Assembly (NCBI GenBank): GCA_965112155.1
Contig: OZ218106.1
Origin: Podarcis liolepis
Lineage: Eukaryota
Direction: 5' to 3' (one strand)
Length of the DNA stretch: 64,000 nucleotides
Under the pieces are notes generated by a model, which did not search any database, had not been told where the DNA came from, and saw only the letters and a program-made list of their open reading frames with translations. Below are positions 51,013 through 64,000 of the stretch, in pieces. A program made the position numbers and the translations under genes. Each line of letters starts with the position of its first letter. The stretch's first letter is position 1.

Positions 51013-51570
51013 TGTCACAGAGGTTTTTTTTTTTTTAGTTTTTCTCCACCTACTCTGCACAGTTTCTGTTCAGTTGTTGGTTTCATTAGTGAGGGTTGCT
51101 ATTAAATAGGTCAATTAGGCCACATTTTGGCAGGTATGTGTGGGAATCCAACAGGAAGGGTAAGTTTAAGTGAGCACCCTTGGGCGCTTTTGGGGTGAAA
51201 TGTGAGTCCTGAGAGTTGCCTGTTGATATAGTAAGGATTGCTTTTGGAGCCAACTTGTGAGGCCCCTGGCCTGGAGGGGATGGGTCAGGAAGGCCTCTCT
51301 GCTCACCCAAATACATGGGGCGTAAGAGGGAGGGATGGAGCAGGTGCCCCCCTTTCTTCAGAGCAAGGTCAGGGTTTGCCCAGATTGACAGTTTATTAGA
51401 TGCTTTGCACAGAGTGTCATCTAACAGATCCTCAGTTATAATCTGAATAAAACTGCTCTATGTTTAAACCCACTTCACCTTGTGTCACATCTTCTTTCCT
51501 TTGTTTTGGTCACAAGAAATACATTGGGGGGATTTATAGAGCTTCTTATCCGACAGAGATTATTGCAACA
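51013..51570 (+). mobile_element. Possible old solo LTR
   Basis: TGTCACA...TGCAACA ends and AATAAA at 51446. Shares GTCAGGAAGGCCTCTCT and TTAAATAGGT with about 34830-35215. TSD is ambiguous. Confidence 0.4.
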
Positions 51571-51659
51571 GTGCAAGCTCATTAGAGAGCAATGAAGCTG
51601 AGCCTTAGCCCAGTTATTTCTCCCAGTTTTTAATTATTTATTCATTTGATGACATTTGT

Positions 51660-51720
51660 CTTCTTCTTCTTCTTCTTCTTCTTCTTCTTCTTCTTCTTCT
51701 TCTTCTTCTTCTTCTTCTTC
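51660..51720. repeat. (CTT)n microsatellite
   Basis: Direct observation; explains the poly-Phe ORF. Confidence 0.95.
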
Positions 51721-54700
51721 ACTTACATAAAATCTCTAAATGCTTTACATAGTAAGGGTCTAAATTTCATTTTTGTTCAGGGTCTATTTAGAAGCTCCAG
51801 AATTCACAGGTTTCATGTTTGGGTTGCAAAAGTGTACACATTTACCTAGGAGTAGGTCCTACTGTATCCACTGGAACTTATTTCTCAGTAGATAGGTATA
51901 GGATTGCTTCTTTAGTTGGGCTTGTAAAAAGCACTTGTAAAACGCACACCCTACTTTTGAAACTCCCCTGAGCTGTCAAAGGTTGTGCAGCGTTAAGAGA
52001 AATAATACCCCAAGGGCCTTATTTACATGCTGAGTTTGGCATAGGAACCTCTGGATCACAGCCTACAATTCACATCCCTAAAATAATTTATGTTTTTATA
52101 ATCATCATTTATTTTTATGGCTGCTTGATGCTAGGGCCTAATCATCTGAGCAGAGTGAAGAGGATGAACAGCTTTGTGACGGTTTATACTGAAAATCTGC
52201 TAATTTATTCTCTGTATGAGTTACGCTTCCAAAAAGTGTTTTTTCACATAAGATTAACACTTCTGAATTCTTTGGGAGAACAGGTGTTGGGATTCACTTC
52301 TAACTTTGCAAACTTGGCATGGTGCTTCCAATGCTACAGGCTTGGCAACTTTGCCTTGTGAAGAAAAGAAACCAAGGCACACAGTGCCACATAATTACAC
52401 AATCATTTACAATGCGATGTAAAACCTGACAAACAAACATAGATGCACACTTGGAAGGGGAAGATAGAAATCCAGCAAGTTAATTTATGGAACCCAGCAT
52501 TGGAATCCAGCGATACCATTTTCACCAGTATTGCCTCTGGCTAAGAGCAGGATGGTGTAAGCAATATGGTTGCTGGTTGCCAGCTATACCAATATTTTCT
52601 CCCTAGTATAAACAATTAATTGATCACAGCCATCATGTTTGTGTTGCTTCTGCAAGCAAAATATGAATTAGGAAGAACAGAAGAACAGCTCTGCTGGATC
52701 AAGGCAAAAGGCCTAATTCAGCATCCTGTTCTTACAGCAGCCAAGTAGATGCAAATGGAAAGCCCACAAGAAAGACCTAAGTGCAACAGCATTCACCCCT
52801 CTGTGGTTTCTAGCAACTGTTATTTGGAGGCATGCTGCTTCTGACAGTAAAGAGAAAACCTGGCTATTATGACTAGTATTCATTGAGAGCCTTACCATGT
52901 GGCCTATGTCTCAGAGGACAATGTTTCTTGTTGCTGTGCTTCATAGCCACACATTAGACATGCGAAAGAGTTCAGAAACATTTCCTTATGTTTTAATTGA
53001 ACCATAGCTTATTGTGTCATATGAACCCAACAAACTGACCAGCCTTAAGTATGATGTGTTGAAGCAAGCCAACTTCAAACCATAATTTAAGAAGCTGGTG
53101 TGTTTCAACAAAACATAGGTCAGATTTACCACCATTTAGGGTTATGAAGTAATGCTAAACCATGGTTAATTTAAGATGGAAGTGCAAGCTTCTGATCTCC
53201 TCATGGCTGCATCTGCACTAGATAAGGAGAGGGGAGGAGAGCATGCAAGCCCAAAGCAGTATGCTTGCATGTATGAAACAGACCTCATCTTTTTTATCAC
53301 TATTTGGTTTAGGAGCTGATTAGATTGTAGCAGGCAAAGTAAACAGCCATAATTCTAACATATGCAGTTGTGCCTCAAAGCACCATGCTAAAAATATTTA
53401 ATGGTGTAACTATTTTAAAGAGGCTCAAATATATTTTTTCCGTTCCATAGAAACATGCATTTTGTTTTTGCCATGATGAAGTTTTGTTCATTTAAATTCC
53501 TCTAACATACCACTCCATTTAGCAATTGGAGAAATATATGAATCACATTCACTCTAGGTACTGGTGAATTCTTTTAATAACTGTAATGATCTTATCTTGT
53601 ACACGTGTCTAAGAGTGGACTTTTCTCCTAGCCACTGAAAATTACTATTGTCAGTGTTGTTAATATTTGTTGGATTTTCCAGTAAGGGAGGCATGATAAA
53701 AAGCATTCTGAAAGGATACTATTTTGTTTCTTGTATCTTTCTCCACTACTGCAGGTTTTAAAATATGCCGACATTAAGAAGATTAAGTATAGAAAGTGAA
53801 AGCTAACTAACCGAAAATTAATTGAACATTTATAAGATGCACACTTCTTCATTTGTGCTTCAGTGGTGGAAGATTGGTGGCTTGTTCCTTCAACAGTGAG
53901 ATGGGAAAATAAATCACATAATTTTCAGAACATTTTGATTTTATCGTTTGGGGAATTATCAGCGTCATTTATAGGATGCCTCTGGCATGATTTATTATAT
54001 GATTCTACAAATAATGTTTAACAGAGCAATAAAATCACATAGTTTAACACTAAGGTGACCTTCATTTAGAATGTGCAAGTGAAAAAAGAAATCCATTCTT
54101 CTTGCTATTAAGGTTCATGTACATCATCATAATCATTTTCATTTAACAGTTGTGCCTTGTCTCAAAACAACGCTTCAAATGTAGTGTCATATATCTGGAG
54201 CAGCTAGCCTCTGGAAATATTTCAAGAGATGTGACAGAAGTATTTCGGTGCATCTAGTATATTAGACTGCTGCATATCCCAAACACACAGACACCCCAAC
54301 CCCCAGGAAGGATGCTATAAAAAGTAGGTAAGAGCCTTTGGGGTACAGTGGATGGAGTATCAGACTAGGACTAGTAAGAAATCCCTGCTAAGTGTTGAAG
54401 ATCACAACATGACCTTCGGCCAGTCTCTTCTTAAGCTCCCTGACAGGAATGTTGCCACTCTGAGCATTTTGGAATAGGGTTTGTCAGAGTTTGGTACACA
54501 CATTGAAGCTCTATGCAGAATGAAATAGCTTGTTAAGACTCCTGCTTGACAGTATAAGGAAAACTTAAGGATTATTTCTCATGACAAAGCCATTTTAAGT
54601 GTAGGTTTTGCATGTGGCCAACATGGAGCCAAGATGTTAACACTATCACATGCTAGTTCATGCTGACTAAGCTTGGAGCAAAAGCAGGAAGGAAGTAAAG

Positions 54701-55364
54701 CCTGTGTAAAGAATCTAGTTATCAACAAATAGTTATGGAGGAATTAGCAAGGAGAAAACAGGTTGCTGTTCTGTCTATCACCACTCACTGTTTCAGGTAG
54801 CTCAATTGTTGTTTTACACCCAACACCTCTGAGGCTATTTTGAGTGAGACACATTGCATAGATCATCCACAAACCGTAGTAAAAGAGGTAGAGACGACCC
54901 CAGTGGAAGCAATCCATCCAGTTCTGAGTTAGAAGGAGATCTTGCTTACATGGAGATGATAGCACATCCCGCCCCCCGGAAAGTATTTCTTTAATGAGGT
55001 GCTTTCTGCTTTGAGGGCTTGTTATTTCCCCCGGTAATGATTAGGCATAACTTTTCTATATGTTGATTATGTTAAGCCACGTGGAGAAGCAGCAGTTAAA
55101 ATGAAGATTGCTCACTTTCCTCCTCCTAAATATGCAAATTGTGGATCATTGGTGTTCTGAATTGGTACAGTAGGATACAGGAGAAAGGTACATCACTGTG
55201 GACATTTGAATGGAACACCAAACCACAGTTTAGTGCTATGTGAGCAAGTTTTTCTTTCCTCCCACTCCTTGCCTTGTGTGGTGACAGAGCATGCAGTTGT
55301 ATTGGGGGCTAACCTCAGTGTACTGTTTTAAAATCAGGACAAATGGTCATTAGTTCAACTATGT

Positions 55365-55519
55365 TGCTGTATAGCTTAGTTGGTTAGAGCATGGTGCTGA
55401 GAACACCAAGGACACAGGTTTGACCTCCCTATGGGGCAGCTGCATATTCCTGCGTTGCAGGGAGTTGGACTAGATGATCCTCACCATCCATTTCAACTCT
55501 ATAATTCTGTGATTCTATG
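55365..55519 (+). mobile_element. Short SINE: tRNA-Ile-like head plus CR1 3' tail
   Basis: TAGCTTAGTTGGTTAGAGCATGGTGCTGAGAACACCAAGG resembles tRNA-Ile(AAU). Followed by ATTCCTGCGTTGCAGGGAGTTGGACTAGATGA...ATTCTGTGATTCTATG. Confidence 0.75.
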
Positions 55520-56949
55520 GATTAAATTGTGGCTCCTGATCTTGGCAGGTTTGATAAACCAGAGTTAAAATGAGCCACAGTTTCTGGCTTTTGAATCCCC
55601 TCTTTGTGGCCATGCTGGAGACGGGGTGGGGTGGGGAGCAAGCTCATGCATATAACTATGGTTTAGCAATATATCTGATAAACTATGGTCTAGCATTATA
55701 GCCAAACCAGCCCATTGTACCCATGAAACCTGGAGCTATGTGGCATGCACTGACCTGGTCAGTGCAATTGTGGTTGCTTACTCAAACCCTTGACTTTAAA
55801 CTGATAACGTGTACTAGTGCAGAAGTTTCTTCCTCTATAAAAATGCCCACTGTCTTTGCAAAAGGAATAGTGTTAGGAATATATTACATGGACTTGACCT
55901 AGCTGATCCCCACTCTCAGTTATAAAAGGCACTTAAGGCATGAATCTTAGAAGATTTAGCACAGATTCAAATAGAACTGTTTTTAAAAGCTAAGCTACTG
56001 CCTGGAATAGAGGAGGGAAGTCCATAGGAATGACAAATGCACACCATGGCAATAGGTTCTATGCAAAACCAGGCACTGCAGTAATTAGAGAGAGGAGGGG
56101 GAATCCATTAAATAAAAGGATTGTCTTCTGCGCTCTGATACTGCAGGAACCTCCATATGTTATATTTTTGACATGCTCATAATTTAAGTCCTTCATTTTC
56201 TTCTTGTAATCTTGTAATGCCTTATGTGCTCATCTTTGCCTTTTAATTCATTCCATTTGGGTTATAGCTTAATGGTAATAAGTAGATAGCAAGTAACATG
56301 GAACTAGAGTCATTATATTGTTTCCCATTTTGAATGTTTAGTGGTTGCTAGCTTTTGGGCTTTCTGCCAAATGCAAGTTTCCATTCTTATTTTAATTAAT
56401 TTAGAACTTCTTGGTCTTTATATGGGGGAGGAAGAAAAAAAAGCATTTAAAAAGGGATTTTTCCAGTGCCGAGCATAGGATTCGCCTCACCTTTTGAAAC
56501 TTCTCATTTAGTAGTACTCATATCTCAGCACGTGTAATTAATCATGTCGGGTATTTAGGCTCAGATCCAAAATTCTGCAAATTAGCTTGGTTGTTGTTCC
56601 CAAAATAATTAGGGGGAAAATGACTCCAAATAAACCTCTTTGTTGTTGGTCACCTTTCTTGCTGTTTTCTCTGGTGATGTCTTTAAAAATGCACGACCAC
56701 ATGTAAGAAGACATTGTTCCATATGAACACACTTCAAGGTGCAGCAAGTGCAGATTTATCGATCACATGTGGCATGAGATGTAGACATCTCCAATTAAGA
56801 AAGTGCTTGTTTTCATGCTTATCACATTTGTGTAGCATTCAAATGGCTATGTATAGTTGCTGAGGGCACTGGCTGGACCCACATGTTTTCCCAGGACTTC
56901 CTTTAATGAGGCTGTGCATTAGCCAGCTATCGGTTATCTATGACATCAT

Positions 56950-57415
56950 TGAGGAACCTTACCCCATGGGTCATCTGTTCCGACCACCTGCAATGCAGGA
57001 ATCTCAACTAGATCGTACATGACAGGTGGCCATCCAACCTCTGCTTAAAAACTTCCAAGGAAGAAGAGCCCACCACCTCTTGTGGGAGTCTGTTGCACCA
57101 TCAAACGGCTCTTACTGTCAGAAAGTTACATTTAGTCAGAATCTCTTTTATTGTCACTTGAAGCCATTGGTTTAGGTCCTAGCCTCTGGAGCAGGAGAAG
57201 ATAAGCTTGCTCCATTCTCCACGTGACAGCCCTTTAGATGTTTGAAGATGGCTCTCATATATCCTTTCAGACTCCTCTTTACCAGGCTAAACATCCCCAA
57301 CTTTCTCAACCATTCCTCATAAGACTTGGTTTGCAGACCTTTGATCATCTTGGTTGCCCTCCCCTGCACATGCTCCAGCCTGTCATTATCCTCCTTAAAT
57401 TGTGGGGCCCAGGCA
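56950..57415 (-). mobile_element. Older CR1 3' fragment (ORF2 C-terminus plus 3' UTR)
   Basis: ORF 57172..57369 (QGRATKMIKGLQTKSYEEWLRKLGMFSL) is homologous to the C-terminus of ORF 20734..21525. Confidence 0.9.
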
Positions 57416-58215
57416 GAACAGAGCAGGAATATTACTTCCCTTTATCTCCCTATTCCATGATACCCTCTGTAGGATGTATCTTTCAACAACTTGGCAATGA
57501 TGATGAAGAGTGGGCTGTGAGTTTTTCTCAGTCAACAAACACCCCAGTCATTTTGTACTCTATGTACTCCTATTATCGTATGCTCATTTTACCAGAGTAG
57601 CATTCTATGGAAGACAAGTGGGACTTGTCCATCATGCTGCTTATATGTTATGCAAATCCACTGTATGATGTTAACAATAGCAATTTGCATCGTGGCAGCC
57701 AAAATGACATCTGAGTGGATTTATTATACATCACTATAACTAATCAAGGAAAGGATTGTACAGTGTATCACTGCATAGCATCCTAAGGGCCCTGTGAACT
57801 TCCAGAAGAAATTGTCAGGCCTATTAAACGTTTGGTCCCCAGGCCATGACACACCAGCCATTTGCTGCACAACAACCCACCACCTGCTTGATAAATCCCT
57901 AGTTTGTGAAGCCTGATGAGTTCTTCCAGCATCTGGCAGTCTTCAGAGCAAGACTTTTGCGCTGCAATACGTGGACTGAGGATCACAGGTTGTATAGGCT
58001 TATGATAGTTAATTGTGCACTTGGCACCACACACGCAATCTGTATCAGGGATGGCGGAAATTGCCACTTTCTGCTATGCTGGTACATAGGCAATGGAGCT
58101 GAACTCAGCAGTACTTACTTCTGAGTAAACATATTTGGGATCAGGCTTCTTGACTGGAGGACCAGCAGTGCACTGCATCTCCAAGGATCAAGCCATTGTT
58201 TTGATGATTGGAACA

Positions 58216-58392
58216 TAGGAAGCTGTCTTGTGCCATTTGTCCATTGAGCTCAGTATTCCCTACACAGACTGGCAGTAGCTCTCTAAGGTTTCAAGCAGTA
58301 GCCTTTCCAGCCCTACCTGGAGATGCTTGGGATTGAACCCAAGTCCTTTTGCACACAGGAGAGATGCTCTACCACTGAGCTTTGGTCCTTCC
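58216..58392 (-). mobile_element. Squam2-type tRNA SINE
   Basis: Similar to 8221-8395 (gatgctctaccactgagct, ggattgaacc). Confidence 0.75.
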
Positions 58393-58866
58393 CATTTAAT
58401 AAGTTTCCATCAACACTGGAACTCATAAAGCTGGATTCAGAATTTCAGAGTATGAGCAATTTCACTACGGAACCATTATTCTCTGTTTCTTTTTTACACA
58501 CATGCTTGCAAAGATTTAGAAAGCTTCAGAATATGTTGGCATTTGGTTTGCGAATCAATAATGTGCAGATTTGATTCTGATCAGAACTGTCAGGTACAGA
58601 AAGCTCTCCACCGGCAAAAGCGGCAATACTTTACATGAAATCTTGGCATTGCTCTTGGCAATGATTCTTCAAAGACATGTGTGTTGCACTGAAAGCTGTC
58701 GGGCGGGTTTGAGGCTTTTGCAAATGGTAGCCGCAACAAAATGTTACAATATGCAGTGCTCTCTGATCAGGATTCCAGTTGCTTCATTCAATTCTACTTT
58801 TCCATTCCCCCACACACATACCCAATGGAATAATCAGGCTTCATGCCCTCTAGGGGTTTTCCTATA

Positions 58867-59099
58867 CAGTGGTACCTCGGGTTACAGGCGCTTCAGGTTA
58901 CAGACTCCACTAACCCAGAAATAGTACCTCGGGTTAAGAACTTTGCTTCAGGATGAGAATAGAAATTACACAGTGGCGGCGCAGCAGCAGCAGCGGGAGG
59001 CTCCATTGGCTAAAGTGGTACCTCAGGTTCGGAACAGTTCAGGTTAAGTTAAGAACGAACCTCCAAAACGAATTAAGTTCTTAACCCGAGGTACCACTG
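58867..59099. mobile_element. Tc1/mariner (Tigger-like) MITE, copy 3
   Basis: TIR CAGTGGTACCTCGGGTTA / TAACCCGAGGTACCACTG, TA TSD. Confidence 0.92.
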
Positions 59100-59954
59100 T
59101 AGATTCTTCAGAACTTCTGCAAACCTGCTGGAACCTCTCCCTTGCGCAAGAGTGTTGTTGTTTTGGCTACATAAGCAATGGCACTCAGAGGCTGAACAGA
59201 GGGAAGAATTCAATAAGTTTCAAAGGGCCTACAAGTAGGTAAAGAATCCTTTTGGTTCTTATTTTTGTGTGATGATCTGGGCTTTTAAAAGTCTCATAAA
59301 AAAAGGACCCAAGCAGTTTCTGTTTCAGCTTAAGGTTTACCTTTGTGAAAATATAAACGATGAAATCATGTCAAGAAGCCTGATCCCAAATATGTTTACT
59401 CAGAAGTAAGTACTGCTGAATGCAGTGAAAATTTCTGCTGTGCACGTTTACAATTGCAACCCTCATAAAAAAAAATTACCATAAAAAGTACCTGGATTTT
59501 TAATACACATGCAAGCTGAAAACACCTGCCCCAGCCTTTAAAAAAGGAGTGTATTTCATAAAAGGGTACTAACGATGTATTTTTGCCAGCATAAAGTATG
59601 CACAGAATAAAACAAAGGGAAATGCAATGATTTCTTCTTTGTTTACAAGTTGTGCTTGTGTTGCAATTTTACCGCATAGACTCTTCCTTGATTTATTAGC
59701 TTTCAGAGTCGAGCTCTGCTGTGCTGTTACGTTCTTTTGCCATGTAAAGCACCTCCAAAGACCTCCTGCTGCGAAACTCTATTTATTATTCATAGGATTC
59801 ACTGGGAAAAGCAGAAGACGAATAAGACCAGAGCAGTCACTGCAACCTTCTCAGGTCAAACATTTTGGCTTCTAGACTCCCAAAGGTGACATCCTTCCTG
59901 CTTTTCCCACAAATTACTGGAAAATGGAACATAAAATGCTAATGATTTTTGTTG

Positions 59955-60196
59955 AAATACTAGGTGAAACACAACCAGAGAGGAGGCTGGCCTTTCATGG
60001 AAAGAAACAAGTAATTTTAAAGGCTGTTCAGTCTCCTTGTCAGGGCCTTGGGGTCTTGAACGAAGGTCTGCTGTAGTACAGGCACACAAATACTAGGGAA
60101 AACATAAGCAGAGAGGAAGTTGGCCTTTCATTGAAAGGAATAAGTAATTTTAAACACTGCTCAGTTTCCTCATCAGGGCCTTTGGGTCAGGCACAG
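59955..60196. repeat. Diverged tandem duplication (period about 133 bp)
   Basis: aaatactagg...gagagga.g.tggcctttcat.gaaag.aa.aagtaattttaaa...tcagggcctt at 59955 and 60088. Confidence 0.85.
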
Positions 60197-62813
60197 AGCA
60201 CTACCTCACCAGGGGCTTCTCCAAGCCATAGTTTACTGTGCACTTGCCACTGTTCGTGTTCCCATTTAATTTATGTAGTACACATGACATTACCCTCAAA
60301 CACCTTGTAAATTTGGATTTACTCAATGCAAGGATAATCTGATAAATTGGGGAAAATCAGGCTCCAAACTGCTCTACTCAGGTTCACAATTTGCTTTGGT
60401 GTTTGGGGGTGGGATCAATTGTTACTCTCTGCTATTCCCCCTTTTATCCCTGCTACTTCTTCAGCGGTTTCATTTCTTTTACACTTGTGTTTGTAACTAT
60501 TTCTGGTGTGCTCCTGGATGGAGATACTTATTTCTTATGATCTCTCACATTTGCACAAAACCAGAAAACAGCGCAAGCAAACCACACTGAAAAATTCTAC
60601 ACCAGATATTGGCAGCAATCTGAAAAGTGTGTGATGAGAATTTACAACTGTGTTCATCTTTTCTGACTGTGCTCTTAACCTCAGGTGCCCTCCTGTGTGT
60701 GTGTGTGTGTGTGTTCTTTTGATCCCTTAGATTTGCACAAAATCAGAAAACTGAAAAAGTGTCTGCTGAGAATTTACAGTTCCCTGACTAAGTGCTTTTG
60801 CACACTTCTTGGGTGGCACAGCTGTTGGAGTGTGTGCCCAGTCAGTACTTAATCAGCCTAATAGAATCAACAAACTATAAAGTGGGATAAAGACCAAAGG
60901 CAACACCAACTGGTGTGAACAGAAAAGACCAAAGTTGTCCCTCATATACAAATGCAAATAAAGCCTGGTGTGGACTACTCTGGTCTGACTCAAATGGGGA
61001 ATAAGTGGATTAACAGGTAAAGAATGCTCAGATATGGACAAACCCCATATCTATTTGAGCTTTCCCCCATTTTCCAGATTAGGTGTTCCCTGGGCACTAC
61101 TGTGAAGCAAAACCTCCTTCTAACTTCAATGTAAGCACAACTGCTTCACAAGCAACATGTCCCACAGACTCTGTTCTGTCAACTCTGCCAAGACTACCTT
61201 CACATAAAGCATCAGAAGGATGTGGTTATTTGAAGCAGATGCACTTTTACATGCAAATTACAACTGTGCAATAAACAAGAAATTAAAATAAGGGTACAAT
61301 CCAAAGCATACTTTCCTGAAAGTTAACTCAATCAAAAACTATAGCAGTAATGGCTCCTTGTGGTGGAGCAGAGTCACAGAGTCACCTTCCTGATACTGAT
61401 TCAATCAACAACCTTGCCCTTGCACTTGACTCGATCTAGGTAAGCAGCAGCAATGTCCGGGTTGGGAGGGTGGCTCCATGCCTCTGCACAACCACACACA
61501 CATTGCTGCTGATCGATAGTAATCACAGCAAGTCTATAATGGGATGGGGAAATTGTGTAAAAGAAACCATTTCTCTTCCAGAAATCAAAGAAGTAGGGCA
61601 CAGATTGGTCCCTCCCTCCCAAGATCCTCCACCTTTTATGCTCCCACCACAATATTTTTTTTTCTGGTGGGGCTGCTGCTGCTACTCCATCTGTTCCTTC
61701 ATAATGTGTCTTCTTAGATTCAGCATATACCTAGGTTATGTTTACCTAGCCCTTTTGGCCAAAGCCAGACTGCTTTCGAATGGCCAAATCAAAGAGCTCC
61801 CAGCTATCACTATTCATGAGACCATGTATTATGCTTCATGCTGGTGGCAATTGAATGTGATCCATGTCCAACGAGATCGTGCCACAATGAGCGTACCATG
61901 AAATTGTATTTGGCCATTATCCTTCTATTATTGGACTGTTTATAAGCAGTGGAATCAAATCTCTCAGAGGACAATAGTGACACCAGTGGGGATGCTCTTA
62001 ATCTGGTGGCTCTTTGAAGCACCTTAATGACTATAGCGGTGTATTCTTTGTTTCGAGCTGAAAATCTCTCTGGATGTTTTAGCCAGTCAATGGTATAAGC
62101 TGGTTGCCCTTGTAACAATTTATGCTGACTCTTTGGTTGGAAGCCAGTAGATGCATTCAATTACTAGGGATACAATGAAAGTGAGAGAGGTGGGATGAAT
62201 CTCAAACATGTGCAGAAAATGAGGAGTCAAAAGGATAATAATTGGGATGGCGACATTTTCCTGAAAAATTCAAGATTCAGTCATTCAAATGAGAAGGGTG
62301 GTGTTGGGGAACAGCACTGAGGTTTTGAAGGGAGAATAATTAGCCAACTTGATACTGGCATACTCCAGATTTCTTTAAAAGTAAACACACTTGCTAAAAA
62401 TGGACAGCTTTCAGGAGCCCAGTAAACAGCCTCTCCAGCTTCTCACACTTAAAAGGATGGCATGGGATTTTCAGAAAGTGCAGGTACCTGGAAAGGCAAC
62501 AGAACTCAGACTACATGAGGCAATTTGCATGAAAGAGAGGCAATGTGCACACTATACCTCTACATTGCATTTGAAGCACATTTCCCCCCTCAAATAATTC
62601 TGGACACTGTAGTTTGCTCCACACAGTTACAATTCACAGCAGCCCTTAATGAACTATAGTTTTCTGAATTCTTTGGGGTGGGGGGGAATGTGCTTTGAAT
62701 GTGCTTTAAAATGTCACAAAACCCCTTGGGTGGCTTGAAAGTAAGGTAAGCACATCAAAAAACCCCAGAGCCCATCCATGATAATTTAACCAGCATTTTC
62801 CCCCTCCTATGAC

Positions 62814-62878
62814 CTGGCGTGCTCTGGTCCATGGGGTCACAGAGAGTTGGACACGACTAAACAACTAAACAACAACAA
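62814..62878 (+). mobile_element. RTE-BovB 3' tail fragment
   Basis: CTGGCGTGCTCTGGTCCATGGGGTCACAGAGAGTTGGACACGACTAAACAAC(AAC)n, with ATGACC on both flanks. Confidence 0.85.
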
Positions 62879-64000
62879 TAATGACCATTTTTGAATGCAA
62901 TTTCTTTTCTCATTAATTGATTGAGAATGGTCAGTGGAAGGAACAGAACTTTAGTGTATGCCCCTATTTTGAGATAGGCTGTAGGAGAGAAGTGCAAGTT
63001 TTTCAGCCCCTGCAATGCTGTGATGATAAAAACTGCAATTTTGGGACTTCCATGGCAGCTTGCCATTTGGGAAATCAACTCACACAGCAGCCTTTTTGGG
63101 TCCAAATTTAGTAAAAACAGCAACAAACAAATAAGCCCCTAACTAACAGCAGGACAGACTGTCTAAGTGGCATGTCCCTTTTCTATATCCTCAGTTACAT
63201 GCTTTTTATGTATGCTCAGCGTGGGTGTACATTTCATTACATTAGCAAAAGAAGAAAAAATACTACTGTAACGCCACAAAAGCATGAAATATATTTGTTG
63301 CTTCTGAACATTCCTGTAAAATAACTGTCTAAACACATTAAGGCTCAACATTAGCACAGAAGCTGCAGACCTGAAGTGGAAAGTGTGCTTTAGTCATCCT
63401 TCTCCCCTCATCCAGCTTTGTGGGCCGTACATTTTTAATGTAGCAAAGCAGTAAGATGGCTGCTAGCTCTCTTAAGACCCAGACAGCTGTGGTTTGTTCT
63501 TTAGAGTTACAATGGAGCACAGTTCAGCACCAGAATACATTTCTATTTTTCTGGAATGGAATATAACCTATAGAGAGACGGGAGAGGTACTGAATTCCAA
63601 AGTGCAATAAAACTCAAAACACTTCAGCAGAGTGGTTAACTAAGCACAAAGCAAAAACTTTCTACAACCCTCTTGAAATTGAACTGCTTGCTTTAAAAGG
63701 AATATGTCCTTACTATCTTATAAAGCCTTTATTTTTAGTGGGATTCTTTTTGGAGGTTTTTGAGATGGTGTGTGTGACAGAGATGGGAGGAGATGGGATG
63801 GGAGGCCCATTTTGGGTCAGGTCCAGTTGGAGGGAGACTGAATCAACCACCAAATGGGGCCAGCCTATTTGAGTGGGGTGAGTTTGCTTTTTGAGCTGCC
63901 CTCCCTTAGACTATTTATCCAATCACTGCACAAATCAGGTCAGAAAAAAACAACAAGAACACAGAAGACACTGGAATCCAGCAGACCGGTAAATAACTTT

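Noticed and set aside
55365-55440. Functional tRNA-Ile gene
   Set aside because: Anticodon loop and B box are mutated, and it is fused to a CR1 tail. The tRNA-like heads at 2900-2977, 8330-8395 and 48886 are likewise SINE heads.
63522-63540. REST/NRSE site (TTCAGCACC)
   Set aside because: Only the left half-site is present; the GGACAG half is missing.
1-64000. CRISPR array, prokaryotic operon or viral insert; remaining short ORFs as genes
   Set aside because: No regularly spaced repeats or gene-dense segments. The 60-140 aa ORFs are antisense shadows of transposons or have no recognisable domain.

Overview
Vertebrate, repeat-rich, non-coding DNA. It looks squamate (probably lacertid lizard), inferred from Sauria SINEs, Squam2/Squam3-type SINEs, lizard-type CR1/L2 LINEs and a BovB tail. 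I recognise no host protein-coding gene, so the window is most likely a large intron or gene desert; a few small plus-strand exon-like segments are unverified. All convincing protein-coding signal comes from disabled transposons: a Chapaev3 (CMC) DNA transposon with both ends and a TTA target-site duplication (16492-18752), a full-length frameshifted CR1 LINE on the minus strand (20656-25022), and a 5'-truncated L2 LINE (about 44330-46685). There is also an ERV-type solo LTR (31726-32426), many hAT and Tc1/mariner MITEs, microsatellites and a 177-bp N gap. The most unusual observations are: (1) an 18S rRNA fragment fused directly to an L2 3' tail; (2) TATA-positioned tandem hairpins in the solo LTR R region, resembling the TAR plus poly(A) hairpin layout; (3) a short tRNA-Ile head plus CR1 tail SINE; (4) recurring TA-CCG(G)-TA motifs that look like transposon excision footprints. 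Family names come from recalled consensus patterns, not database searches.
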